Part shown: piece by piece, positions 41,195-56,788 of the stretch | Layout: the number at the start of each line of letters is the position of its first letter | How positions within the stretch are numbered: position 1 is the stretch's first letter | Assembly: GCA_964016885.1 (NCBI GenBank) | Contig: OZ024743.1 | Span: 296,360,001 to 296,424,000, forward strand | DNA length: 64,000 nt | Source of the DNA: Eledone cirrhosa | Taxonomy: Eukaryota | Direction: 5' to 3' | Translations under genes and position numbers: made by a program | The notes under the pieces: generated by a model | Seen by the model: only the letters and a program-made list of their open reading frames with translations | Told to the model about the DNA's origin: nothing | Databases searched by the model: none

Positions 41195-41525
41195 AATAAA
41201 TATGTAAAGGTACGTGCTTTACGGGTTATGGTATTCGACTCACAATCATAAGGACACGAATTCGATTCCCAACGGCGCTTTTGTGTCCAAGAGCAAAACA
41301 TTTTATTTCCCATCGCTCCAGTTCATTCAGGTGATAATAATACGTTGTATCTGTTATTGAAAAGGCCAGTCTTATCACACACTGTCTCGCGAAGTCCCTC
41401 TGAGAACTACGTTAATGGTGCACGAGTACGCGGATGCTCAGCCACTTGCGAGTTAATTTCGTTCGCAGCATGTTCCGTTGATTCGAAGAGCTGGAATACT
41501 CATCACCGGAACCGATGGAGGTGTA
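41195..41525 (+). mobile_element. SINE family B (Nin-type-like body)
   Basis: TTCGATTCCC B-box; GAGAACTACGTTAA, GCTCAGCCACTTG, TGTTCCGTTGAT; also at 43510-43710(-), 43905-44205(+), 63785-63970(-). Confidence 0.7.
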
Positions 41526-41576
41526 CCACACACACACATCTATATATGTGTATGTGAACGTATTTTAATGTACGCT

Positions 41577-41644
<68 letters not shown>

Positions 41645-43054
41645 TCATACACACATGTACGCACACACCCCACACATACATACATATATATATATATGAG
41701 AAAAACCACAGACCCTCCATCTCAACTCTACTTTTGAAAAGCAGAAGAACTGCGAAACCGGTAAAGGAACCAAATAAATATATATATATTTTTTTTTTAA
41801 ATAAGACTCCAGTTGCATTTTCGATTTCATCTTTTTTTCTTTATACTTTCACTCGTGTAGGACACCTCGGTTATTTTTCATTTTGTAAAAAAAACCTCAC
41901 TTTCTAATATATATATATATATATGAAAACGTCGCAAAAAACAATGTAACTAAAGGGATTAGACAGTTACATCTAAGTCATCAGCTATTCTACGAAGCTC
42001 TGACGCAGTTTCTGACCTTAAAACACTAGGATCCGTGGCTAGAAAATAGCTACCAGCGTATAGTACGACAAACAAGAAAAAGGCATTTGATGGAAAAATA
42101 GATACGTCTAGCTTCGAACCGTTGCATACTACCGTAGACAATTCATTTCTACACAGTCCGGTTCATACTAATACCTTCAGGTTCATTGGCAAGAATTGCA
42201 CAGGCTGAAAGAATATTCATAAAATGGTCCTTTGAACGCTTTCTATGACTACAGCGCACTGTTCTCGGTAGTTGGGATAAATTCGGTAGTATCCAAACAT
42301 TTTGGGTAAAATACTATCATGCAAAATGGCATCCTGAACATATAGATAAGACCAGGGGTATCAAAATATAAGAGGGAAAAGTCTTTGTTGGTTATATAAT
42401 ATTATTATTGAAATATGCACTTTGGTGATCACATAGCTGGAGTTGAACTAAGGGTTATAAGATAGCTGAAGAAACATCCGTTTTTCAGGGCCGTCACTAA
42501 CTTGAAAGACTGTATATGTAACCTAATTCAAGAAAAAGATGTCTGCAATGTGAAATGGAACAAACTCCATGCATACCGAAGATTTATTTTTCTAGTACTT
42601 TATTGTATAAACCAGCTGACACCAGTCAATGGGGTTCAAATTGGGTCGTGGTATCTTTCGGAAAGGGTTAGGAATCAGAATATTTCAAATTGAAATATTA
42701 GATAAAATGTAAAATGTTAATAGGTATGTTATGCTATGAGCCATAAGCTTAAGGGCAGAAGAAATACAAAGTTTATTGCCAACTAAAACTCTGGAACACT
42801 TCTCGAAAGAAAATATGAAAGTTTCAAGTGCGTTTCGCATGAATATATTAAACTAAAGGGTCGTGAAAGGTTATTGATTTATTAAAAATGGGTCACGATG
42901 TTAAAAGGTTGTGAACCGACGCTCTAACATCACCTGAGTCTTTGATAATTCCTCGGTTAGTATTGATTTTTTAAGGTAAGACTTTGTTATTGTTGTTGTT
43001 ATTTTATCCCTGTTGTTGTACGAGATGTACAGTGTACAGGCTTATCAAGTTATT

Positions 43055-43280
43055 ATTGCTGTGGTTGCTGCTGATTTCAGCGTAGTTACTGAAATTGTTG
43101 TGGCTGTTACCACTGCTGCTGCTAATGTTCTTGTTGCTGCAACTGTTGTTTTTGCTGCTGCTGCTGTTGTTGTTGTTGCTGCTGCTGCTACTGCAGCTGT
43201 TATTTCAGCTACTGTTGTTGCTGTTTCTGCAGTGGTTGTTGCTGCTGCTTCTACAATTGTTGTTGCTTCTGTTGTTGTCT
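43055..43280. repeat. Degenerate (GTT/GCT)n trinucleotide repeat
   Basis: Direct reading. Confidence 0.85.
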
Positions 43281-43904
43281 GTTTTTATCCTCTTTCCGAA
43301 AGTCAACCCAAATGGAACATCATCAAAGACATATTCCAACCAGGACTCTCTCGTCTTTTCGACTAGGTTAATGTATATAATTCCTTATCCTGTGTGTCCT
43401 TCCTTCCTTAAGAGAGCGATATCTTGTAGGTGAAGCAATCACATAGGTGATCCTTCACTACATCGTGCGGTAGGGTATTGAAAAATTATAAGATGCTCAG
43501 ATCTAGTGTCCAGTATATAAGAATGATGATGGATCATCCATCGATTTCGACTATGAGAATTTAGTTGTTCGATCAACTGAACGCCAATTCACATATTAAC
43601 GTGTTATTGGTTGAGAATCCCATAGACTCGTATACACTTAACTTAATTCCAAAACCGAATCTGTGTCACACAAAATATGTGACTACGCCGGACCTTTGAA
43701 TTGCAGGCACAGTCGATGTGTTGGTCTTTCAAACAATTTTCATCTATCCAATTTCACTCACAAGATATGAAGAAATAGGCGACAAACCGAGGCTATGGTA
43801 AAGATAGTAGTCCACGATATCACGATGTGGGATCGAACGCCGGACCACGTGATTCTGAAACGAACATCTTAACCATTCAGTCATGCCTGCATCTATTTGT
43901 AAAC

Positions 43905-44205
43905 GCACATGCCCTAGTGTTTAAGGTGTTCGGTCCACGATCGTAATGTCATGAGTTCGATTTCCGGTGGTGCTTTTTTTTCTTTATTTCACATTGCTCC
44001 ACTCCACTCCACTGACAAAAAGGATTTGTACTCTTAATTCAAAGAGCCGGCCTTGTCCTACACGGTGTCTCACTGAATCACCCTGAGAACTACGTCAAGG
44101 GTGCATATGACTGTAGAACGCTCAGCCACTTGAAAGGTAATTTCTCTAGAAGGCTGTTCCGTGTTTTGAACAGCTGGAACACTCGTCGTCACAATCAACG
44201 GAAGT
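43905..44205 (+). mobile_element. SINE family B
   Basis: GAGTTCGATTTCC head plus family B body. Confidence 0.7.
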
Positions 44206-44407
44206 TCAACACACAACCCATCTCCCACCACACACACACTCACACATGCGCGCCTATGCACACACATCCGCACACATGCAGACACGTTCACAAACGTACG
44301 GTGTATATGATAAACATACTGTGATCTCTGATATACAGTGGTTTATTATGTAAGCCCATGTATGGCATTTGATGTATATTGTTTTCATTACAGTCCAGAT
44401 TGTTCTA

Positions 44408-44493
<86 letters not shown>

Positions 44494-44675
44494 TATAGTT
44501 ATATATACACTATATACAACTATAAACAGGAAAGGTCAGTAATTTATTACTACCTTATTATCAGTAAGAAAAATAGTTCAATGTAAATACATGAGATGTT
44601 TTACAGAGCCGGAATATAAATTACACAATAATCAAAGCTATGTTCAAATCATTTTATTGCTGACAATCGTTTCTT

Positions 44676-44765
<90 letters not shown>

Positions 44766-44863
44766 AAGATGTCCCCAAAAATGTAGTTAAATTTGATTAC
44801 CTGTACAGACAATATTTATTAGAATGGTGTATACATCTTTTAAGACTCTGTATATATATATAT

Positions 44864-45347
<484 letters not shown>

Positions 45348-45508
45348 TTATATATATATATATATATTTAGAGAGAGAGACAGAGAGAGAGAGAGATTAT
45401 AAATATATATTATTTTGTACTCGTTGTACGACATATACTGGTATGCTTTACAGATTGTAAACATTATGTAACAAACCCCTATACTTTGAATAGAGTAAGA
45501 TAATTTAT

Positions 45509-45575
<67 letters not shown>

Positions 45576-45727
45576 ATGTATGTGCGTGTGTGTGCGTGTG
45601 TGTATATGCATAGACACACGCACACATACACACATACACATATATATATATAAATGTATATACGTGTATGTAGCTGTACGTGCTGGTAGACGATCGTGTG
45701 TGTCTGTGCGTGTGTATGTATACGCGC

Positions 45728-45839
<112 letters not shown>

Positions 45840-46394
45840 GTGTGTGTGTGCGAAGGGTTCGAATGTTTGTGATTTATTTCCTTCATCTCTATGGTCTAGT
45901 AGATTGGTTCACATCGATGACGATCTGACGATTGTGTAAATTTTAAACAAAACTTTTCAAACCAAGATAAAACAACAGACCATATGACGGAAACGGTGAA
46001 CATAATTATACAACATGATGAATATAGGAGTGATAAAAAGAAGTAAAAACATTCATATGTAGATATTTTTTCTTCTTCTTTGGGAAATGTTCATTAAATA
46101 TCAAATTTATAGTCTGCCTACCTTGTCGTGAACGCCGCCGTGCACTGAATGTATAATAATAATATTATGTCTTGTCAATGTACGGAAATGTACGAAAATA
46201 TACGGATATTTACGTTTATTTAATCGACTTCTACATATTCCCTTAACGAAATTTCCTCCTTGTTTTATGTATGATATTAAATAAACTACTGTCGTTGTAG
46301 TTGGGTTTCATGTCGGCATTGCATATGTTACGAACCTTCTTATATAATAGACGCCAAACAATACCAACAGAGATAGTAATTACATGTGTATATA

Positions 46395-46550
<156 letters not shown>

Positions 46551-46666
46551 TTTTTCGAATATTAATAATAACATTCGATTCGTTTGCAATTATGCAAACA
46601 AGCCTCAATTGTATAGCCATGTCAGTAGAATGAACACTTCATTCTTGTGTTGGCATGCGAACAGAA

Positions 46667-46710
46667 CTGCAGACACTAATGTTTCTGGGTATCACCCTTC
46701 ATCAGTACAG
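46667..46710 (-). ncRNA. Type I hammerhead ribozyme
   Basis: CTGTA-CTGATGA-A-GGGTGATACCC-A-GAAA-CATTAGTG-TC-TGCAG; GUC site. Confidence 0.88.
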
Positions 46711-46920
46711 CTCACTGTTCACCTGCCAAACTCTCAGAGCTATTTTCAAAAATACACAGTCACTGATCGGCCTGATTTGCATATTAGCAGACTGCTAATA
46801 TGCAGATCTGACTGATCAGCCAGTCTGCTAATATACAAATCAGGCCGATCAGTCACTGTGTATTTTTGAAAATAGCATATATTTTCACTAGCTCTGAGAG
46901 TGTGGCAGGTGAACAGTGAG

Positions 46921-46964
46921 CTGTACTGATGAAGAGCGATACCCAGAAACATTAGTGTCTACAG
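46921..46964 (+). ncRNA. Type I HHR (inverted copy, helix II mutated)
   Basis: CTGTA-CTGATGA-A-GAGCGATACCC-A-GAAA-CATTAGTG-TC-TACAG. Confidence 0.72.
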
Positions 46965-47076
46965 TTCTGTTCACATGCCAACACAAGAGGAAGAATGAAG
47001 TGTTCATTCTACTGACATGGCTATAAAATTGAGGCTCGTTTGCATAATTGCAAACGAATCGAATATTATTATTAAT

Positions 47077-47260
47077 GGTGGATTGGCAGTATCGGTAGAG
47101 GGTCGGACGCCATGCTTTCCAGCATAGTTACGTCCCTTTACGATCTGAGTTCAAATCCCGCCGAGGTTGACTTTGCCTTTCATCCTTACGGGGTCGATAA
47201 AATAAAGTACTAGTAATGCACTGGGTAATTGCTGGCCTTGTGCCTAAAGTAGAAACAATT
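47077..47260 (+). mobile_element. SINE family A with TSD ATTATTAAT
   Basis: Empty site visible in the left arm of the foldback. Confidence 0.92.
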
Positions 47261-47405
47261 ATTAATATTCGAAAAACTCAGATTACATTTATTGTATTCA
47301 GCCATGTAGAGTGAAAATAAGTTTTCTTTTATATATATATTGTTATACTTTGGGAGGCTTTCAACACGTTTTCAGATAAAGAATCTTGCTAAACAAATTT
47401 GGAAA

Positions 47406-47463
<58 letters not shown>

Positions 47464-47467
<4 letters not shown>

Positions 47468-48378
47468 AAGAGGTTGGCGTGGGTGGTCTTGTCCAACATC
47501 CCTTATGCCGTTGAACGCCTTCCATCCGGCCCTTACTCTCCGTGAGATCTCCCTCTCAATGTCTCGACGCATGTTCACTTCTTCTCCCAGGTAGACGTAT
47601 TCCTCCACCTCCTCTGTTTCATCACCGCCAACCACCATTCGACCTGTTGGTACATTGTCAGACCGCATGAACTTCGTTTTCATGCGTTTCATCTTGATGT
47701 CGAGATCCGTCAGCATGGTCTGAAGCTGATCCGTGGTTTCAGCGATGAGTACGATGTCATCAGCGAAACCGAGGTGGGTAAGTATCTCGCCGTTGATGTT
47801 GACACCGCCTTGCCAGTCAATGCCTCTGATGATCTGCTCGAGACACTCGGTGAAAAGTTTTGGAGAGATCGTATCTCTTTGCTTCACTCCCTTCTCGACC
47901 CGCGCCAACCTCTTCAATAGCACAGTTTTACCTGCAATGTTATATGGCAGTGAAACTTGGGCTACAACGAAGATAGAAGAGAAGAGGCTGGTAACGGCTC
48001 AAAGAGAAATGGAGAGATCAATGCTAGGAATCTCGTTGAGAAAGTACATCAGGAGCGAAGTCATCAGACAGAAGTCCGGCGTGAGGTACGTCATCACGGA
48101 ATATATGCGCAGCAAGTTCAGATGGGTTGGACACGTCGCCCGGTTCACCGATAATCAGTGGACCCGCGCAGTTGCCGAGTGGTACCCGCGCAGTTGCCGA
48201 GTGGTACCCGCGCGAGCGGAAACGACCACTCGGAAGGCCTCCACGAGGGTGGAGTTACGATTTTAAGAATACGATTGGGAATACATGGATGAGGAAAGCA
48301 CGATCCAGGGAGGAATGGACGGCGTGCTGTGACCAGCGGCGCTGAATGGACGCCCGACAGACTGGTCGGTCAAGGTGA
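47464..48378. mobile_element. RTE-clade LINE with 5' inversion (RT on minus 47464-47897, C-terminus on plus 47897-48345)
   Basis: KGVKQRDTISPKLF..LGFADDIVL (-); ANLFNSTVLPAMLYGSETW, KFRWVGHVAR, KRPLGRPP (+). Confidence 0.93.
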
Positions 48379-48587
48379 TCTCTCAGTTCAAATCCGAAGT
48401 CAACTTTGCATTTTATCCATTCGAGGTCGATACAGAAGTACCAATCTAGTACTGGGGTCGACTCTTCATCTATAACTTTTTGCCATTTCCTTTCTTTCAC
48501 TCTCTATCCTTCTCTGGAAAAATATCTGCTGTACTCAGGCCTGGAGAGTGAATGGATTTTGCCAGTGTTTTTCCTGATATTCTTGAG

Positions 48588-48752
48588 CAGCGTTTCCCAA
48601 TCTGTGCTCCACAGAACCCTGGATATTACTAAAATCTGTACTAGGGGTCTGTGAACTTCTGAGCAAACATACCTTTCAAATGCCTGGGAACCGCGGGGAA
48701 ATTTATTGAAAAGAAGCAGGGTTCTTGAGAGTTAAAAGACTGGAAGCCATTG
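48588..48752. mobile_element. hAT-like MITE remnant
   Basis: CAGCGTTTCCCAATCTG...AAAGACTGGAAGCCATTG termini. Confidence 0.45.
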
Positions 48753-50064
48753 TTCTGATATATATGACCGATTTTTGCCATGCCTTTTATTAAATTAGGA
48801 ATGGATTTTATTTTTTATGTACGAAAGTTAGACTATATAAGGTTTGGTTAATGTTTATTTTATGACAGATAAAGATGAAAATGGAGAAGCAAAAGATATA
48901 CCTCAATTAACGGCATTAATCATTTAGGTCACAAACGGCTTGGGAAGGCCGCCATGGGTGCTTCTTCTCCCTCCAAACCTACCAAGTAAAGAAAACGTCG
49001 AAATGAAATAAGGTGCGGATAATTTCATTGGATATGCTATCTTGATTTATCAGAAAGGTCAAATTCACAAAGCGATCGGGTTTCGAAAAGAATTGATATG
49101 GGCATGTTATGTGAAAAGAGTTTTGTTATTATTATTTTAATAATGGGTTATGTTGCGATGATGAGAATTTCAATCAATCGTATTGATAGATAAAGGAAGC
49201 TTCATAAAGAAGTAGTATGATTAGGCCTGAAAAACAAGCTAGTCACCACACATATATGATGACAGCGATTTGATGAAGACATACAGAAATATTGCATAGC
49301 AAATTTTGTTATTGCAGTTTTTTTTAAACCTCTCCTAAGTTAGAAAACGAACGGTGTATATGGTTATTGTTATTGTTCTTGCAGTTGCTGTAGTTAATAA
49401 TGATAGTAATGAAAATGATAATGATGATGACGACTGCAACGAAGATAATGATCGTGATGATGAATCATTTGAAAAGAAATAGGGAAAGAAAGAGAAATGA
49501 CATAAATTAATAAAATAGATTAAACAAGATGGCTGCCCTATTAAAACCCGATTGTATTTCATTCATAGTGACAGCACTTGTCAGAGAATTGGCTAAAATA
49601 GCAAGCAAGTTGAACTGTTTAACTGTATTTTTTGAAGCTAACTGATTGCTAAGACAAAGTTGATAATAGAATTAGTCAAGTCAATTTCTTTACCTTTTCT
49701 CTATTATTTTATATATTTTCAGTTTAACTACTTTATTTAAAGTTGTTTTTCTCATGCAAATATTATTTCTTTTAATTTTTATCTTTTTCCTTTACTTTTT
49801 TTTAATTCTTTAAAGTGTAAATTGCGACAACTCTTGTGTTATTTTATTTATTTTTCTTTTATTTCTAGAAAATGCAATAATTCAAGAACTTTATTTTTTT
49901 TATTTTTTATATTTTCATTAATTTTTTTCTATTGTTTCCTTCAGAGTTTTTCGTTATTCTTTATTGTTTCATCGTCAGTATCATTACCATCATTATCCTC
50001 ATCGGCATAGACATCATTTTCAACGCTACCGTCATCGTCATCATCGCAGTCACCGTCGTACTTA

Positions 50065-50685
50065 ACATTTACGTTCTGAGTTCAGATCCCGCCGTGGTCA
50101 ACTTTGCTTTTCAACTTTCCCGGGTCGCCAAAATAAATACCATTCAAATACTAGAGTCGACGTAATCGCCTTCAACCTCTAACAAATACTTAGTGTTGTG
50201 CCTAAATTAAAAACCATTATTACTATTATAAAGGGAGGAGGGTTGGCAGTATCGATAATGCGTTGAACAAATTGCTTCAAGGTATTTTCTATATTCTGAG
50301 TTCAACAGTTACGACTCTCTACATTCTGGGTTCAAATGCCGCTGCGGTCAAATTTACCTTTTCTCCTTTCGAGAATGATAAAAATAAAGAACCAGTTAAG
50401 TATTGAAGTCGATATAATTTCTTCCCCTTCCCCCAAATCGCTGGCCTTGTATCTATGTTAGAAAGAATTATTATTAGATAACTATTATTATTACTTTTGT
50501 TAAAATGTATCCTGGTATTTAGTAACAATGATTAACGTTCTGAGTTAAAATCTGGTCGAGGTCAACTTTGCTCTTCATCATTCCAGGGCCGATAAAATAA
50601 AGAACAAGTAATGTACTGGGTCGATATAATTGATTTTTCCCTCCCTACAAATGTTTGGTCCTCTGCCAAAATTAAAAAGAATTAT
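50065..50685 (+). mobile_element. Three old tandem SINE family A-related copies
   Basis: Repeated GTTCTGAGTTCA..GGTCAACTTTGC..ATAAAATAAA blocks. Confidence 0.7.
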
Positions 50686-51194
50686 TGTTATTTATCATCG
50701 TGTTTTCTGCAGTTTTGAGCTGGTTTAGAGAACCCTGCCACTTGTAATTACATGCGTCTCTGAGGTGACAGCAGTGATATATGGTGCTGTAGGCTTGTGT
50801 TTGTATGCTACATCAAGCTACACCAGACCTGTCAACTTTCCCCGGCGGGGAGATTTCCCACCCACTTTGGAGTGGGTGAGAGATGTCTTCTCTTGTGAAA
50901 ATGGGTATAGCTTTCATTATGTAATATATTTATATAATATATTACATAATACTTGTATATGCAATAATAATACTTGTATATCAGATGCTTTTCAACATTA
51001 ATATTTGCGTCTTGTTTGATTCAAAAGAATCATGCCATTACCGAGGTATTTATCGCTTGGCTTAGCCTTCATTAATATTCACACTAAAACACAAGCATAT
51101 AGCACATTTAACTATTTTCATTACAGAGCTTCCGTTACAGTTGTGGGATTGGGAGGTGCTTAAGTATATATACTGTACATGTTTATTATTATTT

Positions 51195-51332
51195 GACGCA
51201 TAGAGTTACGGCCATTCTGAGTTAAATCCCGCCGAGGTTAACTTTGCCTTTCATCCTTACGGAGTCGGTAAAATAAAGTACCAGTAATGCACTGGGTAAT
51301 TGCTGGCCTTGTGCCAAAAGTAGAAACAATTA
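51195..51332 (+). mobile_element. SINE family A, 5'-truncated
   Basis: Family motifs. Confidence 0.85.
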
Positions 51333-51795
51333 TAAGCTCACGCATTTTTATCACCAATAAAAGACTAAGAAAGAAATTAAAAACATGATCATACTAACAT
51401 ATTTAGAGTCAATAGAAAATCAGTGTAGTGAAAACCAAAGCACAAGTATATTGAAACAAATTATTGGAGGGGTTTAAGTCCTAAAATTCCCTAGGCGCCG
51501 AAAGGTTTGCTATTTAATTTATTGTGTATGTTAATTTTCCTACATGAAAATGTTATGCTGACCTTATGAAGAGTAAATAAAAAATGATTCTTATTTGCTT
51601 CCAGTTTTCTTTGCTGGTTATTTAACACACGGGGCTTTTAAGCTTTCACATATAGCCCTTCTGGTTTTCCTCTCGCACACATTTTAATGCATGCACCTTC
51701 CCCCGTACACATTTAATTGCTGCAAACCGGATTACTCCGACTTGAACTTGTAATTACGAATTGATAATTAGCATTCATTCCTATTATTATATCAT

Positions 51796-52010
51796 GATTG
51801 GCAGTATCGGTAGAGCGTCGGACAACATGCTTTGCGACATCTAGTTACGTCCCTTTGCGTTCTGTGTTCAAATCCCACTGAGGTTAGCTTTGCCTTTCAT
51901 CCTTAAGTGGTCAATAAAATAAAGTGCCAGTAATGCACTGCGGTCGATTTAATCGACTTTCACCTCCCCTTCAAATTGCTGGCCTTGTGCTAAATATAGA
52001 AACAGTTATT
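51796..52010 (+). mobile_element. SINE family A, longer variant
   Basis: Retains a GTCGATTTAATCGAC segment absent in the younger copies. Confidence 0.85.
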
Positions 52011-52291
52011 ATTAAGAACGTGGGCTGCAAACATCTAGTTAACAAATATTTTGCAACCATTTCATCATTATTTCTTTGTTGGTAAAGAAAACGTGGTTCT
52101 CGTTTTCTATTTAGAATTCATAAAACACATCTAGTTGTATTACAAAAACGTTTAAATCTACTTTTAAAAAAATGTTTGATTTTAAATAACTTCAATCGAT
52201 TGTCCCTATACTCTAGTCACGAAGAAAAGAATCGGTTATAAGTCTTTTGCTCGGTTCTAAAAAATATTCAATTCTCACAAAGATGCATTCT

Positions 52292-52327
<36 letters not shown>

Positions 52328-53558
52328 TTTGTTTGTTTGTTGTTTTTTTTGTTGTGGTGGGTACGTTATTTTTTTGTAATGATTTCATTCTTTTTATGTA
52401 TGGCTCTGTAGAAAATCATTAATCACTATTTTTATTTTATAAAATCGATAACATGTAGAAAAATAGTTTGCATTATTTGGTTGCTTCTCTTTACGTTTGG
52501 AGGTCAAATGCCGCCGGGATTGATGATGCTTTTCATCCTTACGAGGTCGATCAAATAACTACCACTGAAGTACAGGAATCACTATACACGCCCTCGAAAC
52601 AAGAGTGGCATTGTGTCTCTATTATGAAATCCTGATAATCACTATGATCATTATCACCGTTGTCACCCCTATTATCACAATCCGCGTTATTATTATTTTA
52701 TTATTATTTTTTTATTAGTACTCCCATTAGCTTAAAGACTTTCTCGAAAGAAATACCAAAATCCCCATTTCTAAAATTAAATTAAATTTTCTTTTTAAAT
52801 TGAGATCACTTAAAGTTCAAAGATTGGCTTTTAACTGATCCCTTCCAACAACTCTAGGGGCTGCAACGAGCAACATGTGGGGTCGTTTCAGGTCATTTAA
52901 CTTTCATTTTTTTTTTCTTTTAATTAATTTTGATATATTTTTTCAGAAAAATTTCTTCCCACTCATTACGTGATTGATTATTCATTTGAAATCTTAGAAA
53001 AATGCATTCATCTTTAATCGGTTAGTTTTTAGTAAAAATGAAATTTCCATTGTAAATATTTCAATGGAGAATTGATAATACGGACATCTTTGTATTTTTG
53101 GCGATGGGAGTCTTCTAGATAGTTTTTCTTAATTTTTCTTCTTGTCCTTTTTGCTCTTCCATTTTAATACTTTATTTTTATTTTCATTTTACTTTTATAT
53201 TATTTTATTTTTGTTTTATTTCATCGTGATTTTTTTTTCTCTTTTTTCTCCTTTTATCTTCTATCTTCTGTTTGTTTCACCTGTAATCTTTGTCTCCTCT
53301 TTTTCGTCTTTTGTCTTCCTTTTTTCCCATTTATAATAAAACAAATTTTCAAACGATACCTGTGGTTGTAATTTTTTGCAAGTTAGATAAATAACGATGG
53401 TTTGTGTGAATACTCATCATAGCCAGTAGCTTCGTCAATCAAATGGATGGATGAGTCGATCTCATTAACGTTTGAGTTGATTAAATCAAGACTCTAAACA
53501 ATGGTACAGAATAGATTTGACCACTACATGATGAAAATCATATTTTAGTCACCGTATG

Positions 53559-53584
<26 letters not shown>

Positions 53585-53589
<5 letters not shown>

Positions 53590-54171
53590 CATGTATCCCA
53601 GTACAACCTGTCTCATGGTCGGGTCGTTGGCGACTAAACTGGCAACCCCACCAAGGTTTCTTGGTGAGGAGGGTGACTTTGGACATCCTGCAGGACTAAA
53701 AACAAAACCTGTCAAAGGGCAAAGGAGCTCTTAAGATTCAATGGCCATCCAAAATCACCGGGAGAGATGACCCCTTAGACTTTGTCAAGGCAGAATTTTA
53801 GGAGAAGGAAAACTCTGATATAACACCTGCAACTCTGATGGTATCCAATGATGTTGACTTGTTCTTCTTTTTGGTAAATATCATCTTGGTTAAGAAAGTG
53901 GGACTGGCTTTGTGCAGTGCCTTTGCTCACTATAAAAGCTTCACGGCACAGGCATTGCTATATATCTGGAGATCTCTCTGCACTTGTCGTCACATGGTAC
54001 CATGGGCCCAGCACTATGTGTCAATAATTGTCACAAGTGTAGTGTTTGTACCAGAGTTTTCAAGTCGCTGACTGGACTAAAAAGTCACACTCGTTCAGCC
54101 CATCGGTAGAGGTTCTCCTATATGGATATAAAGTAGTGGCCGTACTCGAAAACGAGTTGGCAGCCACCATG
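53585..54171. mobile_element. Composite dispersed-repeat fragments (probable LINE 5'UTR-type)
   Basis: 53585-53720 matches 14515-14673; 53890-54171(-) matches 22149-22360 and 24252-24303. Confidence 0.55.
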
Positions 54172-54562
54172 TATGTATGTATATATGTATGTATGCGCCC
54201 AGGTGTTATGCAATTTGGAATTTACATAGGTTTGACGGAAAGCATCCTTATATAACTTCAATTGTGTGTGTATTTTAATGCTTACAACAAAACAATCTCT
54301 AGCAACTTCAGCCGAACAACGAAACTGATAACCACTATCCTATTTCTCTTTCTCGGTGTTACGCTTCGTTCCTCAATCCACATCCAATGCCATTTTTGTT
54401 CAGGTGAGTTAATCCTAATGAGACAAATGGCCATCAATTGTATAAACAATGGTCTTTGAATTCAAGTTACTTATCCATAAAATCGTTCCACTTTGTACAT
54501 ATAAGCAGAATATATATGTATATATGTGTATTCACACATACATATCTGTACGCACACATATA

Positions 54563-54793
<231 letters not shown>

Positions 54794-55004
54794 ATATATA
54801 TATATTTTTACACATGTATATATAATACATTATATTATACAGTGTGTGCCAAAAGAATACACACATTCTTTAAATGACAACATATGCATTGTTTATTGCG
54901 TTAGAAACAAGGTTAACAATGAGTATATTAGGTGGCGGGGGACACCCTATATATATGTAATATTATATATATATATATCTTTTTCGCCCAAGCTAGCATA
55001 CGAA

Positions 55005-55290
55005 TAGTGTGGTTTTCGTCCCGGGTGCAGCACAATCGAACAAATATTCACACTTCAGCAGTTCTTTGAAAGATCGTGGTAGCACTGACAAAAGGTGTAT
55101 ACTTATTTCGATGACCTCGAAAAGGCATATGACCGCGTTCCGTGGGACCTATTATGGAAGGTTCTGCAGAAGTATGGAATCATGGACGGTTTATTGGTAC
55201 CCTTATATTTCTATATGAATGCCCTAGAATTTGGGTTCGAACAAATGATGCTAAGTCGAAACCATTCAATGTGGGTGTCAGACCCGCCAA
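55005..55290 (+). mobile_element. RTE-clade RT fragment
   Basis: GFRPGCSTIEQIFTLQQ; YFDDLEKAYDRVPWDLLWKVLQKYGI. Confidence 0.85.
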
Positions 55291-55797
55291 AGGTGCGCAA
55301 GTGTTAATCTGTTGAGCAGAGTTCGGGCGAAGATCTTTCCTACGATGGAGAACAGTGTGATACCTCTGTAATTGGAGCAATATACTTTTTCACCCTTGTT
55401 CAAATCAAAGGAGATAATGATTGCATTACAGAGTTCTGGGGGAAGCGTTGGGAGCTTTCACATGTTTTTCATATTTAGCTGTGGAATGGGGTCAATTGCT
55501 ACATCATGGACCATAGAATTGACGCTGTCATTAGCAAGATCCTTTTCCTAGGTAGGCTGTTTCCCAACGTTGATGAGCCACACATACCCGGAGCTGTCTG
55601 GTTTTGAGGCGTCAAAGATTCGGGTGACATACCTCTTCCATCTGATTTAAGCAAGAGTGGAGTGGGAAGTCAAACAATAGGAGCTTGGTTAGGAGAAGCT
55701 GTTGGAGATGCTATCGATATTGGACATTTAATTGATGAGAGGTGGCTTAACTTCTCTCTCCACTCCGATCATTCTAATCCTTATGACCGCCATACAT

Positions 55798-55834
<37 letters not shown>

Positions 55835-56525
55835 TACATGCATGCATGCATACATACATACATACATACATACATACATACATACATACATACATACATA
55901 CATACATACATACATACATACACACATTAAATCCATACCACATATTCACTTACATTATCGAAGTGGTGGATGTCAACGATCTTCATTGGATTTGAAGTAG
56001 ACATAAAGTAGACATGAAGTGGACATTAAGTGGACAGGTGTGTATGTGTGTGTGTGTGTGTGTATGTATGTGTATGTGTGTATGTGTGTGTGTTTTATGT
56101 GTGTGTCTGAGTGTGTGTGTGTGTGTATGTGAGTCTGTGTTTGTGTCTTTGTGTCCTTGTGTTTGTGAGTGTGTGCGTGTGTGTTTGTGTGTGTGTGTGT
56201 GTGCGTGCGTCTGTCTGTCTCTCTGTGTACGTGTGTTTGTGTTTGTGTGTGTCTGTATGTGTGTATGTGTGTGCATTTTTAGGCGTCTCTATGGCCATTT
56301 TGGAATGAGTTGTTAACCATTGATGTAGATATTGATAACTTGTGGTTGATTGGTTGATAATAAAGCCAACTCATTTAGTCTGTACCCAGCTAAAAGCTTC
56401 TTCTCTCGTATCTTCGTGTGCTTCATTTAACTGTCACTGCAGTCAGTCTATGACTATATATGTGTGAACGTGTGTATATTTATTTGAGTATATATATATA
56501 TATATATATACTCTCTCTCTCTCTC

Positions 56526-56570
<45 letters not shown>

Positions 56571-56678
56571 CCGTTCGGATGGTTAAGCTGGAGACAACTT
56601 CAATCCGCGTGTGTGGTGTGTGAGGGGGTGATGGTTGGTCTGGTGTGTGTGTGTGTGTGTGTGTGGGTGTGTGTGTGT

Positions 56679-56788
<110 letters not shown>

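Noticed and set aside
43013-43433. Ala/Val- or Leu-rich membrane protein ORFs
   Set aside because: Degenerate trinucleotide repeat
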